Origin: Candidatus Aenigmatarchaeota archaeon
Lineage (GTDB): Archaea; Aenigmatarchaeota; Aenigmatarchaeia; GW2011-AR5; JACRAC01
Reading direction: 5' to 3'
Assembly (NCBI GenBank): GCA_016213555.1
Contig: JACRAC010000011.1
Location: 8,841-72,840, forward strand
Length of the DNA: 64,000 bases
Made by a program: the position numbers and the translations under genes. This document shows, one piece after another, positions 39,126 to 48,728 of this stretch. Every line of letters begins with the position of its first letter. The stretch's first letter is position 1. A model generated the notes under the pieces. That model made no database searches and was not told the DNA's origin. It saw only the letters and a list, made by a program, of their open reading frames with translations.

Positions 39126-39647
39126 CTATATTTGGTCTAAGAATTCTATAGAAAATCCCTTTTCTTGGGCAAATTTTTTCCCAATATTACCCTTATTGTC
39201 AATAACATCTTTTAGATGTAAAAAAGTCCATCCTTTTCTTGCAATCTTCCAAGCTATATATGCTGACGCACCTGCTTTTTCTTGCCAGTCAAGAAGTTCC
39301 TGGAGCTGTTCTTTTTCTACTGTAAAGGCAGCAGCTCTTGATTTACATTCAATTACTATCAGTTTTCCTACTTTCGCAGCTACTATATCTGGTGATGGAA
39401 GACCAATTCTTCCAGAACGAGGGGCTCTGATAGCCATATATCCCATACTAGCTAGTTTGTGTGTTAAACTCAGTTCTGCAATATAACCTTTTCTATAACT
39501 TGCTGTCATGAGAATATTTTGAATTAATCGCTTATATTGATTTAGACCAATTTGTAAAAAATTTTTGTGATCTTGTTTACTAAACTCTTTATTTAAGCCT
39601 TGAAGCCTTAATAGTTTTATAACAGGTGAATTAGAAATGAAATTCAA
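39126..39647 (-). CDS. hjc: Holliday junction resolvase Hjc (probable true start at 39509, giving ~127 aa)
   Basis: GYMAIRAPRSGRIGLPSPDIVAAKVGKLIVIECKSRA matches Hjc catalytic core (S-G...D...E-x-K); the annotated N-terminal 46 aa overlap the divergent CBS gene. Confidence 0.7.
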   Translation of the reverse strand: MNFISNSPVIKLLRLQGLNKEFSKQDHKNFLQIGLNQYKRLIQNILMTASYRKGYIAELSLTHKLASMGYMAIRAPRSGRIGLPSPDIVAAKVGKLIVIECKSRAAAFTVEKEQLQELLDWQEKAGASAYIAWKIARKGWTFLHLKDVIDNKGNIGKKFAQEKGFSIEFLDQI

Positions 39648-40179
39648 AGCTCTTGTAAAAGAGGTAATGAAGCCTGATGTAATTACTATAGATATAGAAG
39701 ATTCTATTAAAAACGCTGCAAGATTGATGAAAAAAAATAGAATAGGATCTTTGGTTGTGATAGGGTCAAAAAAGATAAAAGGGATTCTTACAGCAGAAGA
39801 TATTGTTTACAAACATATTTCAGAAGGTACTGGAACTAAAGTAAATGAAATAATGTCACATAAGCTTGTTGTGATAGATCCAGAAAAGTCTATAGAAGAA
39901 GCATCAATGATTATGGTTGAAAATCATGTAAAAAAGCTCCCTGTCATGGAAGGCGATAAAATAGTAGGAATTATAACAGCTTCTGATATTATTAAAATAG
40001 AACCTGTTTTATATGACACTTTATTAGAAAGGCTTAGAATAGGCAACAAATCGCTTAAATCAGCTCCAAGAGGAGGACCTATAGAAGAATGTGAAAGTTG
40101 TGGTAATGCTGGTGATGATATACATCAGGTTAATGGAGAGTGGGTATGTTCTGAATGTGAAGAAGCTGGGACTCTGTAG
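39637..40179 (+). CDS. CBS-pair protein with C-terminal zinc ribbon
   Basis: Two CBS motifs (VMKPDVITID..., KLVVIDPEKSIEEA...) and CESCGNAGDD...CSECEE C4 ribbon. Confidence 0.7.
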   Translation: MKFKALVKEVMKPDVITIDIEDSIKNAARLMKKNRIGSLVVIGSKKIKGILTAEDIVYKHISEGTGTKVNEIMSHKLVVIDPEKSIEEASMIMVENHVKKLPVMEGDKIVGIITASDIIKIEPVLYDTLLERLRIGNKSLKSAPRGGPIEECESCGNAGDDIHQVNGEWVCSECEEAGTL

Positions 40180-40247
40180 TTGATAAATAATCGAGTTAAT
40201 GTTTTCTAGCCTAGAAGAGCACAAATTATATATAGGATTCTTGTCAA

Positions 40248-40712
40248 ATGCGTATTAAGGTCATTATTATGGAAAGAATTAAGAACCAGTTTTATGAACA
40301 ACAGTATAATATAGAATCAGAAGATCCTTATGCAATAGCTTTAGAATTTATTAATTTCATGGCTAATTTTGGAGAAATTAACGTCACTAAAAATATTATC
40401 TCTAATACAGGAGCTGAGAAAAGCGCAGAAATACATTTTTACTTGGAAAGAAGATTTGATAGATATTCAAAACTTTTTTTCTTGTTTAAAATAGATGTTG
40501 ACATATCATCAAAAAAATTGAATATATCAGCTCTTGGTATGAATCAACTTCAAATACCTGTTGGAGGCCAGGTTGGTGATGTATTTCAGGAATGGTATAT
40601 GAAAGAAATTCAACCAGAAATACATAAAAAATCTATAAAAATTATAAAAGAAATAACAAAAACTGTTGAAAAATATATATATGAGATAGCGGAAAATACA
40701 CCTAAGCAATAA
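40248..40712 (+). CDS. Hypothetical protein
   Basis: ORF only, 154 aa, no recognised motif. Confidence 0.3.
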   Translation: MRIKVIIMERIKNQFYEQQYNIESEDPYAIALEFINFMANFGEINVTKNIISNTGAEKSAEIHFYLERRFDRYSKLFFLFKIDVDISSKKLNISALGMNQLQIPVGGQVGDVFQEWYMKEIQPEIHKKSIKIIKEITKTVEKYIYEIAENTPKQ

Positions 40713-41028
40713 ACTTCTTTTCATCTATATCGAAAACTGCTATAGCTCTTGGTGTGCATGTTTTTGCAGCGTTCATTACTAAATGTGGGGAGTCTGTTTC
40801 TATTTCCTTTACAAAAAGTTCGCCTTGAAACTTTCCTTCCATAGGCTTACCATCAACTAGAAGTGCTTTCCAGTCAATTTTCTCATCCCACGCAAAGTTA
40901 TATGGATCTGAAAGCATACAATGTCCAGATCCTATACAACCTTTTCTATTAAATATTATTCTAAGTCTATGAACTTTTCTCTCTTTTTTATCATGTTCAT
41001 ATGTCTTGTCTAAATTTACATCTGTCAT
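40702..41028 (-). CDS. Ferredoxin-like protein (divergent mono-cluster, 3 Cys + Ser)
   Basis: KGCIGSGHC...AAKTCTPRAIAV resembles single-cluster ferredoxins (C-x2-X-x2-C ... C-P) with Ser at the second ligand position. Confidence 0.4.
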   Translation of the reverse strand: MTDVNLDKTYEHDKKERKVHRLRIIFNRKGCIGSGHCMLSDPYNFAWDEKIDWKALLVDGKPMEGKFQGELFVKEIETDSPHLVMNAAKTCTPRAIAVFDIDEKKFIA

Positions 41029-41124
41029 ACTATCATCTATGTTTTATAACTTTCAAAAATTAGTGAAAGTATGCTAATAGTATCAAGTATAAACTTAAAT
41101 AGTTTTTATTTAACCATATATAGA

Positions 41125-41143
41125 ACAATTGATTATCAATTGT
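41125..41143. repeat. Perfect 19-bp palindrome ACAATTGAT-T-ATCAATTGT in divergent region upstream of dnaG
   Basis: Read directly from sequence; between ferredoxin-like gene start (41028) and dnaG start (41251). Confidence 0.6.
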
Positions 41144-41250
41144 ATAAGAAACAGTTTCATATTTATTGGGGTAAAATGTTTACTTTTATTAATAAATTTA
41201 TCTAATTACGTTAGTATCTCGATTACTAGGCTGTTTCTATTTTAAAAAAG

Positions 41251-42465
41251 GTGATAAACATGGCTAAATTAGCTCAAAATTTTGCAAAATATATGGTAAA
41301 TGCTCAATTAAACGCAACAGGTATAGTTGAAAAACCTGATGTTATAGGTGCTGTTTTCGGACAGACAGAAGGTCTTATAGGTCAGGACCTAGATCTTAGG
41401 GAATTGCAGAGAACAGGTAGAATAGGTAGAATAGAAGTAAATATAAAAAATAATAAAGGTAGATCTGTTGCAGAAATTACAATACCATCTAGCCTAGACG
41501 CTAGTGAGACTTCTCTTATTGCAGCTTCTTTAGAAACTATTGAAAAAGTTGGTCCTTGTGATGCAAAAATAGATGTAATGAAGGTAGAAGATGTCAGAAC
41601 ACAAAAAAGAAGATATGTTATTGATAGAGCTAGAGATATACTTAAGGCACTTATGGATGAAGGAGTCCCAGATTCTCAAAAATTGTCTGATATGGTCAGA
41701 GAGGCTGTAAGAACTTTTGAGGTATCTAACTACCAAGGACTGTCATGTGGTCCTGGTCTTTTAGACTCGGATGAGATCGTAGTTGTTGAAGGAAGGGCAG
41801 ACGTAATATGCATGTTGAAAAATGGAATAAGGAATTGTATTGCTATAGAAGGATCTAAGATCCCTGATACAATAGTTGCATTAACAAAACAAAAAATAAC
41901 TACAGCTCTTCTTGACGGAGATAGAGGAGGAGATCTGATTTTGAGAAAGCTTTTTGAGGTAAATGCAAATCTAGATTTTGTTGCTAGAGCAGAAGATGGT
42001 AAAGAAGTCGAAGATTTGACAAAAAAAGAAATCTTCAAAGCTCTAAGAGAGAGAGTTTCTATAGATCAAATACCAAAACATGGTGTTGCTAAAGATTATA
42101 AAGATATCAGGGAGAAATCTTTCAAACCTGAAAGAGAAGAAGAAGTACATCAAAAATTGTCTCAGGTTGATGAAAAGACTAAAAATACCTTGCTTTCTTT
42201 GCTAGAAGACTTAACAGGAACTAGAGCAGCCTATGTGTTGGACAAAGACAATAATATATTGTCAAAGGTTCCGTTAGCAGAGATGACAACTATTCTTGAT
42301 GAATTTAGAAATGCACAAGCATTGGTTTTGGACAGTAAGATAAATCAAGCATTGGTTGATCTAGCACTACAGAGGAAGGTATCTACAGTTGTTGGAACAG
42401 GTTATTCAGAGCAAGTAAAATCACCTCCATCTATGCATATATTAACTATTGAGGATATGAGGTAA
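41251..42465 (+). CDS. dnaG: Archaeal DnaG-like primase/exosome-associated Toprim protein
   Basis: Toprim motifs VVVEGRADV, AIEGSKIPD, LLDGDRGGDLI; 404 aa. Confidence 0.85.
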   Translation: MINMAKLAQNFAKYMVNAQLNATGIVEKPDVIGAVFGQTEGLIGQDLDLRELQRTGRIGRIEVNIKNNKGRSVAEITIPSSLDASETSLIAASLETIEKVGPCDAKIDVMKVEDVRTQKRRYVIDRARDILKALMDEGVPDSQKLSDMVREAVRTFEVSNYQGLSCGPGLLDSDEIVVVEGRADVICMLKNGIRNCIAIEGSKIPDTIVALTKQKITTALLDGDRGGDLILRKLFEVNANLDFVARAEDGKEVEDLTKKEIFKALRERVSIDQIPKHGVAKDYKDIREKSFKPEREEEVHQKLSQVDEKTKNTLLSLLEDLTGTRAAYVLDKDNNILSKVPLAEMTTILDEFRNAQALVLDSKINQALVDLALQRKVSTVVGTGYSEQVKSPPSMHILTIEDMR

Positions 42466-42494
42466 ATCAATTTATCCTATAGAAACCAATTAAC

Positions 42495-43487
42495 ATGATG
42501 AAAAAAGAAGCAGATGCAAGATTGGGTAATCTAGAATATTTGACAAATAGCAAAAAGCTTGATGGAGTCATATTTTTTAATCATGATCATTTACCAAATC
42601 CTAATTTTACTTATATGACAGACATTTCTGAGTTAGGACTATTTTTATTTTATAAGAACGATCCCCAAGTCTTTACAGTTGGATGGAAGAATAAATATAA
42701 ATCAAGTGTAAGATCAAAACATTTACAAAGCTTACAAGAGTTACCTAAAATAAAAGGAAAGATAGGAATAGATTTCAATAATATCCAAGCAAATATGTTG
42801 AAAAGACTTAAAAGACTTACAGGTGTAAAATTTGTAGACATTTCTACTGAAATGGAGAATGTTCGTAAGATAAAATCCTCCAACGAAATTAATATCATTA
42901 AAGATGCTTGTAAACTAGCTGGGAAGGCTTATAATAATTTTTCTAAGTTTATGGATGAGCATAATTCTGAAATTGTTCTAAAATATAAAATCGAGACGGA
43001 ATTTGCAAAATTAGGATTGTATCCAAGCTTTCCTACTATTGTTGCTACAAAAGAAAATATTATGGAGCCACATCATATCGCAGGAGACAAAATTGTTGAA
43101 AAGCCTATTCTGGTTGATTTTGGAATAAAATATAAAAATTATTCTACTGATAATACAAGAACTATTGGAAGTAAATACGAAAAGCTTATTACAGAAATAC
43201 TGCTGGATTTAGAGATTATGTTAAAACCAGGAGCTAAATGCGCTGATATTGATAAGTTTGTAAGAAAAAAGATGGGTAAACTTCAGAAGAGTTTTATTAC
43301 AGCATTAGGACATGGAATAGGTATTGCTGTTCATGAATTACCTGTAATATCTTCTTTTAGTAAAGATTGTTTAGAAGAAAATATGGTTATTGCAATTGAA
43401 CCAGGAATATATTTGAAAAATGGAATAAGAGTAGAAAATATGTATCTTATCACAAAGGATGGTTGTGAGAATTTGACTAGCTTCTAA
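42495..43487 (+). CDS. M24-family Xaa-Pro aminopeptidase/creatinase-like peptidase
   Basis: Pita-bread fold with HGIGIAVHE, IEPGIY motifs; 330 aa. Confidence 0.7.
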   Translation: MMKKEADARLGNLEYLTNSKKLDGVIFFNHDHLPNPNFTYMTDISELGLFLFYKNDPQVFTVGWKNKYKSSVRSKHLQSLQELPKIKGKIGIDFNNIQANMLKRLKRLTGVKFVDISTEMENVRKIKSSNEINIIKDACKLAGKAYNNFSKFMDEHNSEIVLKYKIETEFAKLGLYPSFPTIVATKENIMEPHHIAGDKIVEKPILVDFGIKYKNYSTDNTRTIGSKYEKLITEILLDLEIMLKPGAKCADIDKFVRKKMGKLQKSFITALGHGIGIAVHELPVISSFSKDCLEENMVIAIEPGIYLKNGIRVENMYLITKDGCENLTSF

Positions 43488-44848
43488 ATAATATGTTTTT
43501 CTATAAGTTGTATAAACTGGTCTTTTAGTGTTGTAAGATCTTCTTGTTTCTTGGCTTCTATTGTTAATCTTATCAGAGGTTCTGTATTAGACTGGCGTAT
43601 TAATATCCAAGAGTTTTCAAAATCTACTCTTATGCCATCAAGAGTGGTTGTATTTTCTGACCCGTATTTTTTAAATATCTGTTTTCTTATTTTTTCCATT
43701 ATCATTGTTTTTACATCATCTGAGCAAGGAAAATTTACCCGATCAAAATGATATTGAGGAACCTGTTTTAATATTTCTGATATAGACATTTTTCCATCTA
43801 AGGTGCATGAAAGATAATATGCAATAGCTATTGCATCATCACAAGGTACTAGACTTGGAACACATGCATGACCTGACTTTTCTATTCCTAATACTGCCTT
43901 AAATTCATGAACACCTTCCATAAGATACGTGTCTCCTACTGGTACACGAATAACTTTTTGGCTGTGTTGTTTAGCTACATCATCTACTACATATGAACAT
44001 TCTACGTTTGCTATTACAGGACCACTTTGAGTTTTGTATATTTCTTTTAGAAGTAGGAAAGCTAAATGATCTGCTGGAATTTTCTTACCTTTTTCGTTTA
44101 ATACTACTACTCTGTCCGCATCTCCATCAAAGGCTATTCCCATGTCAGCATTTTTGGCTGATATTGTTTCACGAAGTTCTTTTAAAGAATCTTCATTAGG
44201 ATCTACTTTTCTATTTGGAAAATTTCCGTCAGGCTTGCTATTTAATGATATTATTGTATGACCTGCTTTTTTGAAAAGATCTTTTACTACAAAGTCTGCC
44301 ACACCATTTCCAGCATCTGTAACAATAGTAAGCTTCTTTTTTGGTGTAAGCTTGAACAGCAGTAAATTTTTATACTGTTCTATAGCCTTTTCGTTTCCTA
44401 AGAAAGAGTAATCTCCGAATCTCTTACTATCTGGAACACCTAATACGTAGAGTTTCTTTATTTCATTGTTCGCAGGTTCTGAAAAACCAATTCCTTCTGG
44501 AGTAAAGAATTTTATACCATTCCATTCTTTCGACATATGAGAAGCTGTTATATAAACTAAATATTTTTGGCTTTTCCAAGCGTAAAATGCAGCAACTGTT
44601 AGTGGAAGAGTTCCAAGGTCTATAATATTTTTGCCCTGTGATAACACACCTTCTACAAAGCTTTTTTGTAAACTCTCACTGGATAATCTTACGTCGCGGG
44701 CTACATATATTATAGATGTGTCGTGTTTTGTATCATTGTTTATAAAATGTCCTAAAACAGCACCTATTTTTTTGCATATAGTTTCGTTTATTGTGCTTCC
44801 ATAGATACCTCTAACGTCGTATGCCCTGAATATGGAAAGTTCTGACAT
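43484..44848 (-). CDS. Phosphohexomutase (phosphoglucomutase/phosphomannomutase/phosphoglucosamine mutase family)
   Basis: Active-site Ser loop TASHMSKEWNG, metal loop FDGDADR, 454 aa four-domain architecture. Confidence 0.8.
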   Translation of the reverse strand: MSELSIFRAYDVRGIYGSTINETICKKIGAVLGHFINNDTKHDTSIIYVARDVRLSSESLQKSFVEGVLSQGKNIIDLGTLPLTVAAFYAWKSQKYLVYITASHMSKEWNGIKFFTPEGIGFSEPANNEIKKLYVLGVPDSKRFGDYSFLGNEKAIEQYKNLLLFKLTPKKKLTIVTDAGNGVADFVVKDLFKKAGHTIISLNSKPDGNFPNRKVDPNEDSLKELRETISAKNADMGIAFDGDADRVVVLNEKGKKIPADHLAFLLLKEIYKTQSGPVIANVECSYVVDDVAKQHSQKVIRVPVGDTYLMEGVHEFKAVLGIEKSGHACVPSLVPCDDAIAIAYYLSCTLDGKMSISEILKQVPQYHFDRVNFPCSDDVKTMIMEKIRKQIFKKYGSENTTTLDGIRVDFENSWILIRQSNTEPLIRLTIEAKKQEDLTTLKDQFIQLIEKHII

Positions 44849-44917
44849 GATAATCTAGAATCTAGAAGACTAAGAATTATTTAAATTGATGTAATTAGAA
44901 AATATAGGGTTAAAAGA

Positions 44918-45832
44918 TCATTTTAAGCTTTTGTAGTATTCAACAGTCTTTTGTATACCATCTTCTAAACTGGTTTTTGGAACCCAGTTTAATATTTTCT
45001 GAGCTGCTTTATTGCTAAGCACACTGCGTCTAACCTCTCCTGGTTTTTGAGGTCTTGTTATTTCAGAAATCTTAGAATTTGTACTCTTTCTTACTAAATC
45101 TAAAACTCTTTTTATTGTGGTTTCTTTTCCTGTAGATATGTTTACAGTATGATTTTCGGTTTTTGTAGCCAACATTACAGCATCTGCAACATCTTTTACA
45201 AATATAAAGTCTCTTGTTTGAAGACCATCTCCAAATATTACTGGATTGGTTTTCTGCATTATATTGTTGATGAATAATGCAATAACTCCTCCTTCTGAAC
45301 TTGCTTTTTGCCTAGGACCATAAACGTTTGATAATCTTAATGACATGTATTTCAAGTCGTACAGGTTATTGTAAACTTTTAGATATTGTTCAGCTATGTA
45401 TTTACTAACTCCGTAAGGAGATAACGGATTTATCAAAGCTTTCTCATCAGTGGGTAGTTTTTCTGCATTTCCTACAACAGCACCTCCAGAATTCAGGTAT
45501 ATTATTTTTTTAACACCATATTTTCTACAATTTTCTATTATATTTAATGAACCAAAAATATTCACTTCTGCGTCTTTTACAGGAAAATCTATAGATTTCT
45601 GAACCATAACCTGTGCAGCTGTATGGATAACTATATCTATTCTGTTATCTTCGAATATTTTGGCTAAATTATTGCATATGTTTGTTTTGTGTACAATACA
45701 TCCCATGTTTATATTTTTTCCACTCGACAGATCGTCTAAAATATGTATCTGAGAATTTTTGTTGTTTTCCAGAAGTTTATCTACTATATGACTACCTATA
45801 AACCCTGCTCCACCTGTAATCAAATATCTCAT
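44918..45832 (-). CDS. NAD-dependent nucleotide-sugar epimerase (UDP-glucose 4-epimerase family)
   Basis: ITGGAGFIGSH Rossmann, catalytic YGVSK (YxxxK), 304 aa. Confidence 0.8.
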   Translation of the reverse strand: MRYLITGGAGFIGSHIVDKLLENNKNSQIHILDDLSSGKNINMGCIVHKTNICNNLAKIFEDNRIDIVIHTAAQVMVQKSIDFPVKDAEVNIFGSLNIIENCRKYGVKKIIYLNSGGAVVGNAEKLPTDEKALINPLSPYGVSKYIAEQYLKVYNNLYDLKYMSLRLSNVYGPRQKASSEGGVIALFINNIMQKTNPVIFGDGLQTRDFIFVKDVADAVMLATKTENHTVNISTGKETTIKRVLDLVRKSTNSKISEITRPQKPGEVRRSVLSNKAAQKILNWVPKTSLEDGIQKTVEYYKSLK

Positions 45833-45898
45833 TAAATCAACTTATAATAAATCTTTAAAAATAACGTTATAGTTAAGATTAATGAGATCTGTGATAAT

Positions 45899-47287
45899 AT
45901 GGCTACAAACTACTGCATATTTCTTAGCGATTTGAAGGGGAATCCAACTTATTTAATGGAATCTTTGCATAAACATCTTCCTAAAGACTGGAAATTTCAT
46001 CTTGTGTTTAGGTTCAAATTAAACTACTTGTCTGAAGATAAATACTCTCATATAAAACCTTTTTATCTCTATGATAATTTTAAACAGCTTTCTGAAAAGG
46101 ATGTTCAAGACGAGGAAAAATTTCTTGGAAAAACTTTCGCTTTGATACGTCTAATGAGTAAGGTAGGTCAGTATAGGTACCCTAATATAAAAAAACTTCC
46201 TGATGACTACTATTTTGCTAATTTAGTAAGATCTTGGAGAAAATTTTATTTGTCTAATAAAATAAATCTTTTTTTGGCAGGTGTTAGTGATGATTATCCT
46301 AGTCTTATAGGATTTGAAGTTGCTAGAAAACTAGGGATAAAAATAATTATACTTAACTCTAGCAGATTTACAAATGCCTATTTGTTAACAGATGAAGATT
46401 ATCAACCTATTTTCTATAAAAAAATAACTGAAAAAGAGAAAAAATTATCATACCACCAGGCCGAAAAAATAATAATGGGAGAGAAAATAAATAATCCAGA
46501 ACTTTCAAAAATAGTCAAGAAAAACTTTAACTTTATAAATCCTCTAAATCTTTTGTCTGTTGCAAAATCATTTTTTCCAAATTTTAAAATTTATTATCTA
46601 GAGGTTCCAAAATATGATAGACTTTCTTGGTACTCTACATTTGAATTTGTCGTAAAGTATATAAAATCTTTTATACGCTCTGCCATCTCAAAACAAATAT
46701 TTAAATACAAACCAAAAAAAGGAGAAAAATATATTTTTTATCCATTACATTTTACTGATGACGCTACTATAACAGCTAAAACGCCTTTTATAGATCAATT
46801 TCAGCTTATAAAAGAAATATCAAAAATAATACCTCATGGGGTATTATTGTATGTTAAACCTCATCCACATTTTCAGTGTTCTGACATTCCAATATCAAAA
46901 ATGAGAGAACTATCTAAGTTACCAAATATCAGACTATTGTCTTATAATGAAGATACTAAGCAATTAGTTAAAAATGCCTTATATGTAGCTGTTATAAATT
47001 CTAGCACTGCTTTTGAGGCTATGATAATTGGTACTCCAGCAGTAACTTTTGGAAAGGATTATCCAAATGAAATAGTAAAACATATTAAAAGTCCAGAAGA
47101 GCTTTTGAATATAAAACCAACCCTTGATAAGAAAAAAGCATACGATTACGTATCTAAATGCTATGCAAATTCAATATTTTTGAGGGTTCCATACTATCTA
47201 AAGTTTGATTTTACAGGAAATTCTGACATTAAAGATTTAGCAAAAGGTATTGTCCAATCATATAATATGTTATGTAAAGGGGGTTGA
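45899..47287 (+). CDS. Capsule-polysaccharide-biosynthesis (KpsC/KpsS, PF05159-like) family glycosyltransferase, paralog 1; putative CMP-ulosonic-acid transferase
   Basis: IFYPLHFTDDATI and LYVKPHPHFQCSDI motifs resembling KpsS/KpsC (LQVxxDSQI / KxHP), C-terminal INSSTAFEAMIIGTPAVTFG; tandem paralog follows. Confidence 0.5.
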   Translation: MATNYCIFLSDLKGNPTYLMESLHKHLPKDWKFHLVFRFKLNYLSEDKYSHIKPFYLYDNFKQLSEKDVQDEEKFLGKTFALIRLMSKVGQYRYPNIKKLPDDYYFANLVRSWRKFYLSNKINLFLAGVSDDYPSLIGFEVARKLGIKIIILNSSRFTNAYLLTDEDYQPIFYKKITEKEKKLSYHQAEKIIMGEKINNPELSKIVKKNFNFINPLNLLSVAKSFFPNFKIYYLEVPKYDRLSWYSTFEFVVKYIKSFIRSAISKQIFKYKPKKGEKYIFYPLHFTDDATITAKTPFIDQFQLIKEISKIIPHGVLLYVKPHPHFQCSDIPISKMRELSKLPNIRLLSYNEDTKQLVKNALYVAVINSSTAFEAMIIGTPAVTFGKDYPNEIVKHIKSPEELLNIKPTLDKKKAYDYVSKCYANSIFLRVPYYLKFDFTGNSDIKDLAKGIVQSYNMLCKGG

Positions 47288-48697
47288 ATGAGAGTATCTA
47301 TATATTACGGAACTTGTTTTGATAGGGATTTTCATAAAGTAACTATAGCTAATGGATTTAGTAAGAATACGGACGTTATAGTTGTAAAAAGATTTGATCA
47401 CAAGCTTGATATTACACATCCAAAATTAAAAGAAATATATATGCATAACGATTTAATATTTACAAAAAAACTATCCGATAAAGTAATACATGACACAGAA
47501 CAGTGGCTAGAAGTACCATTCGTACTATTACTAAAATATTGGTATAATTGGGATAATTCTTTAGAAAAAAACAATAAAGAAATGAGAAAAAGATACGAGG
47601 CTATTTCGAAGTATGTGGTATTTTGGAAAAGCTTCTTCAAAAAATATAGACCAAACGTATTTGTTACTACAATGGAAAGTACGTTCCCTGAAATAGTAAG
47701 CATAGAAGTTGCAAAAAAGCTTGGGATAAAAGTTATCATAGTAAATAGTGGAAGAATAGGAAATACCTTCTTACTTTATAACGATAAATTTTTACCTATA
47801 TATTGGAGAAAAATATCTCAGCACGAGAAGAAGACATATTATGAATCTATAAGAAAAAGATACAGAACAAAGGCAGAACCAGAATCTATGAATCTTAGCA
47901 ATGATGTAAATAATTACGTAGACTTCACTCCTTTTGGAATTAAAAACAAATTGATTGATTTTTTAAGATATAGAAAAAACTACAAAAAAATGCATACTAT
48001 AGATAAATTAAGGACATTAAGTCCATTTCAGCTTTTCAAGAAAGTATCTACTGGGATTTTTAGGAGGACTTATGCGTCTTTCTTTTATGAAAATTTTGAT
48101 TATCAGAAAGAAAAATTCATATTTTTCCCTTTGCATTACACAGATGAGGCTGCCTTGTCTTATCAGGAAGCTTTTTTGGATCAGTTTGAGTTGATAACAA
48201 AAATATCTAAATGCCTTCCTTTAGATGTATTTTTAGTTGTAAAACCTCATCCACATTGGAGATGTATGGATATTCCTATATCAAAAATAAAAGAATTAAA
48301 GTCAAATCCAAGAATTAAATTCATATCACCTGATGTTAATGTTTATAAACTAATTAATTTCAGCAAAGGTGTAGTTACAATAAATTCCACAACTGGTTTT
48401 GAAGCATTGGCTTTGGATAAACCCATAATAACTTTTGGACATGATTTTTATGCTGATCCTAATATAGCTAAAACAATATACGACCTTAATTATCTTCCAG
48501 AAGCAATACGTGATATGATAGACGGGAAGCTAAAAATAAATAATAAGAAACTTTCAGAATTCTTTTCTATTTACTATAAACATCTAATTTTCATAAAAGG
48601 TAGAATGGGTTTGTACGTAGATATAACTGAAGAAGATGGGAGAGCTGTAGCAAAAAACATTGAGGAATATATAACTTCTTCTAAAAAAAGTTTTTAA
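47288..48697 (+). CDS. Capsule-polysaccharide-biosynthesis (KpsC/KpsS-like) family glycosyltransferase, paralog 2
   Basis: IFFPLHYTDEAAL, VVKPHPHWRCMDI, INSTTGFEALALDKPIITFG; collinear with preceding ORF. Confidence 0.5.
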   Translation: MRVSIYYGTCFDRDFHKVTIANGFSKNTDVIVVKRFDHKLDITHPKLKEIYMHNDLIFTKKLSDKVIHDTEQWLEVPFVLLLKYWYNWDNSLEKNNKEMRKRYEAISKYVVFWKSFFKKYRPNVFVTTMESTFPEIVSIEVAKKLGIKVIIVNSGRIGNTFLLYNDKFLPIYWRKISQHEKKTYYESIRKRYRTKAEPESMNLSNDVNNYVDFTPFGIKNKLIDFLRYRKNYKKMHTIDKLRTLSPFQLFKKVSTGIFRRTYASFFYENFDYQKEKFIFFPLHYTDEAALSYQEAFLDQFELITKISKCLPLDVFLVVKPHPHWRCMDIPISKIKELKSNPRIKFISPDVNVYKLINFSKGVVTINSTTGFEALALDKPIITFGHDFYADPNIAKTIYDLNYLPEAIRDMIDGKLKINNKKLSEFFSIYYKHLIFIKGRMGLYVDITEEDGRAVAKNIEEYITSSKKSF

Positions 48698-48728
48698 TAC
48701 ATTCACGCTTATTAAATTATGTGACACA

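Noticed and set aside
44849-44917. Tandem ATCTAGA ATCTAGA palindromic repeat between phosphohexomutase and epimerase genes
   Set aside because: Very short (2 x 7 bp) and compatible with chance in AT-rich sequence. Possible minor regulatory site but not supportable.
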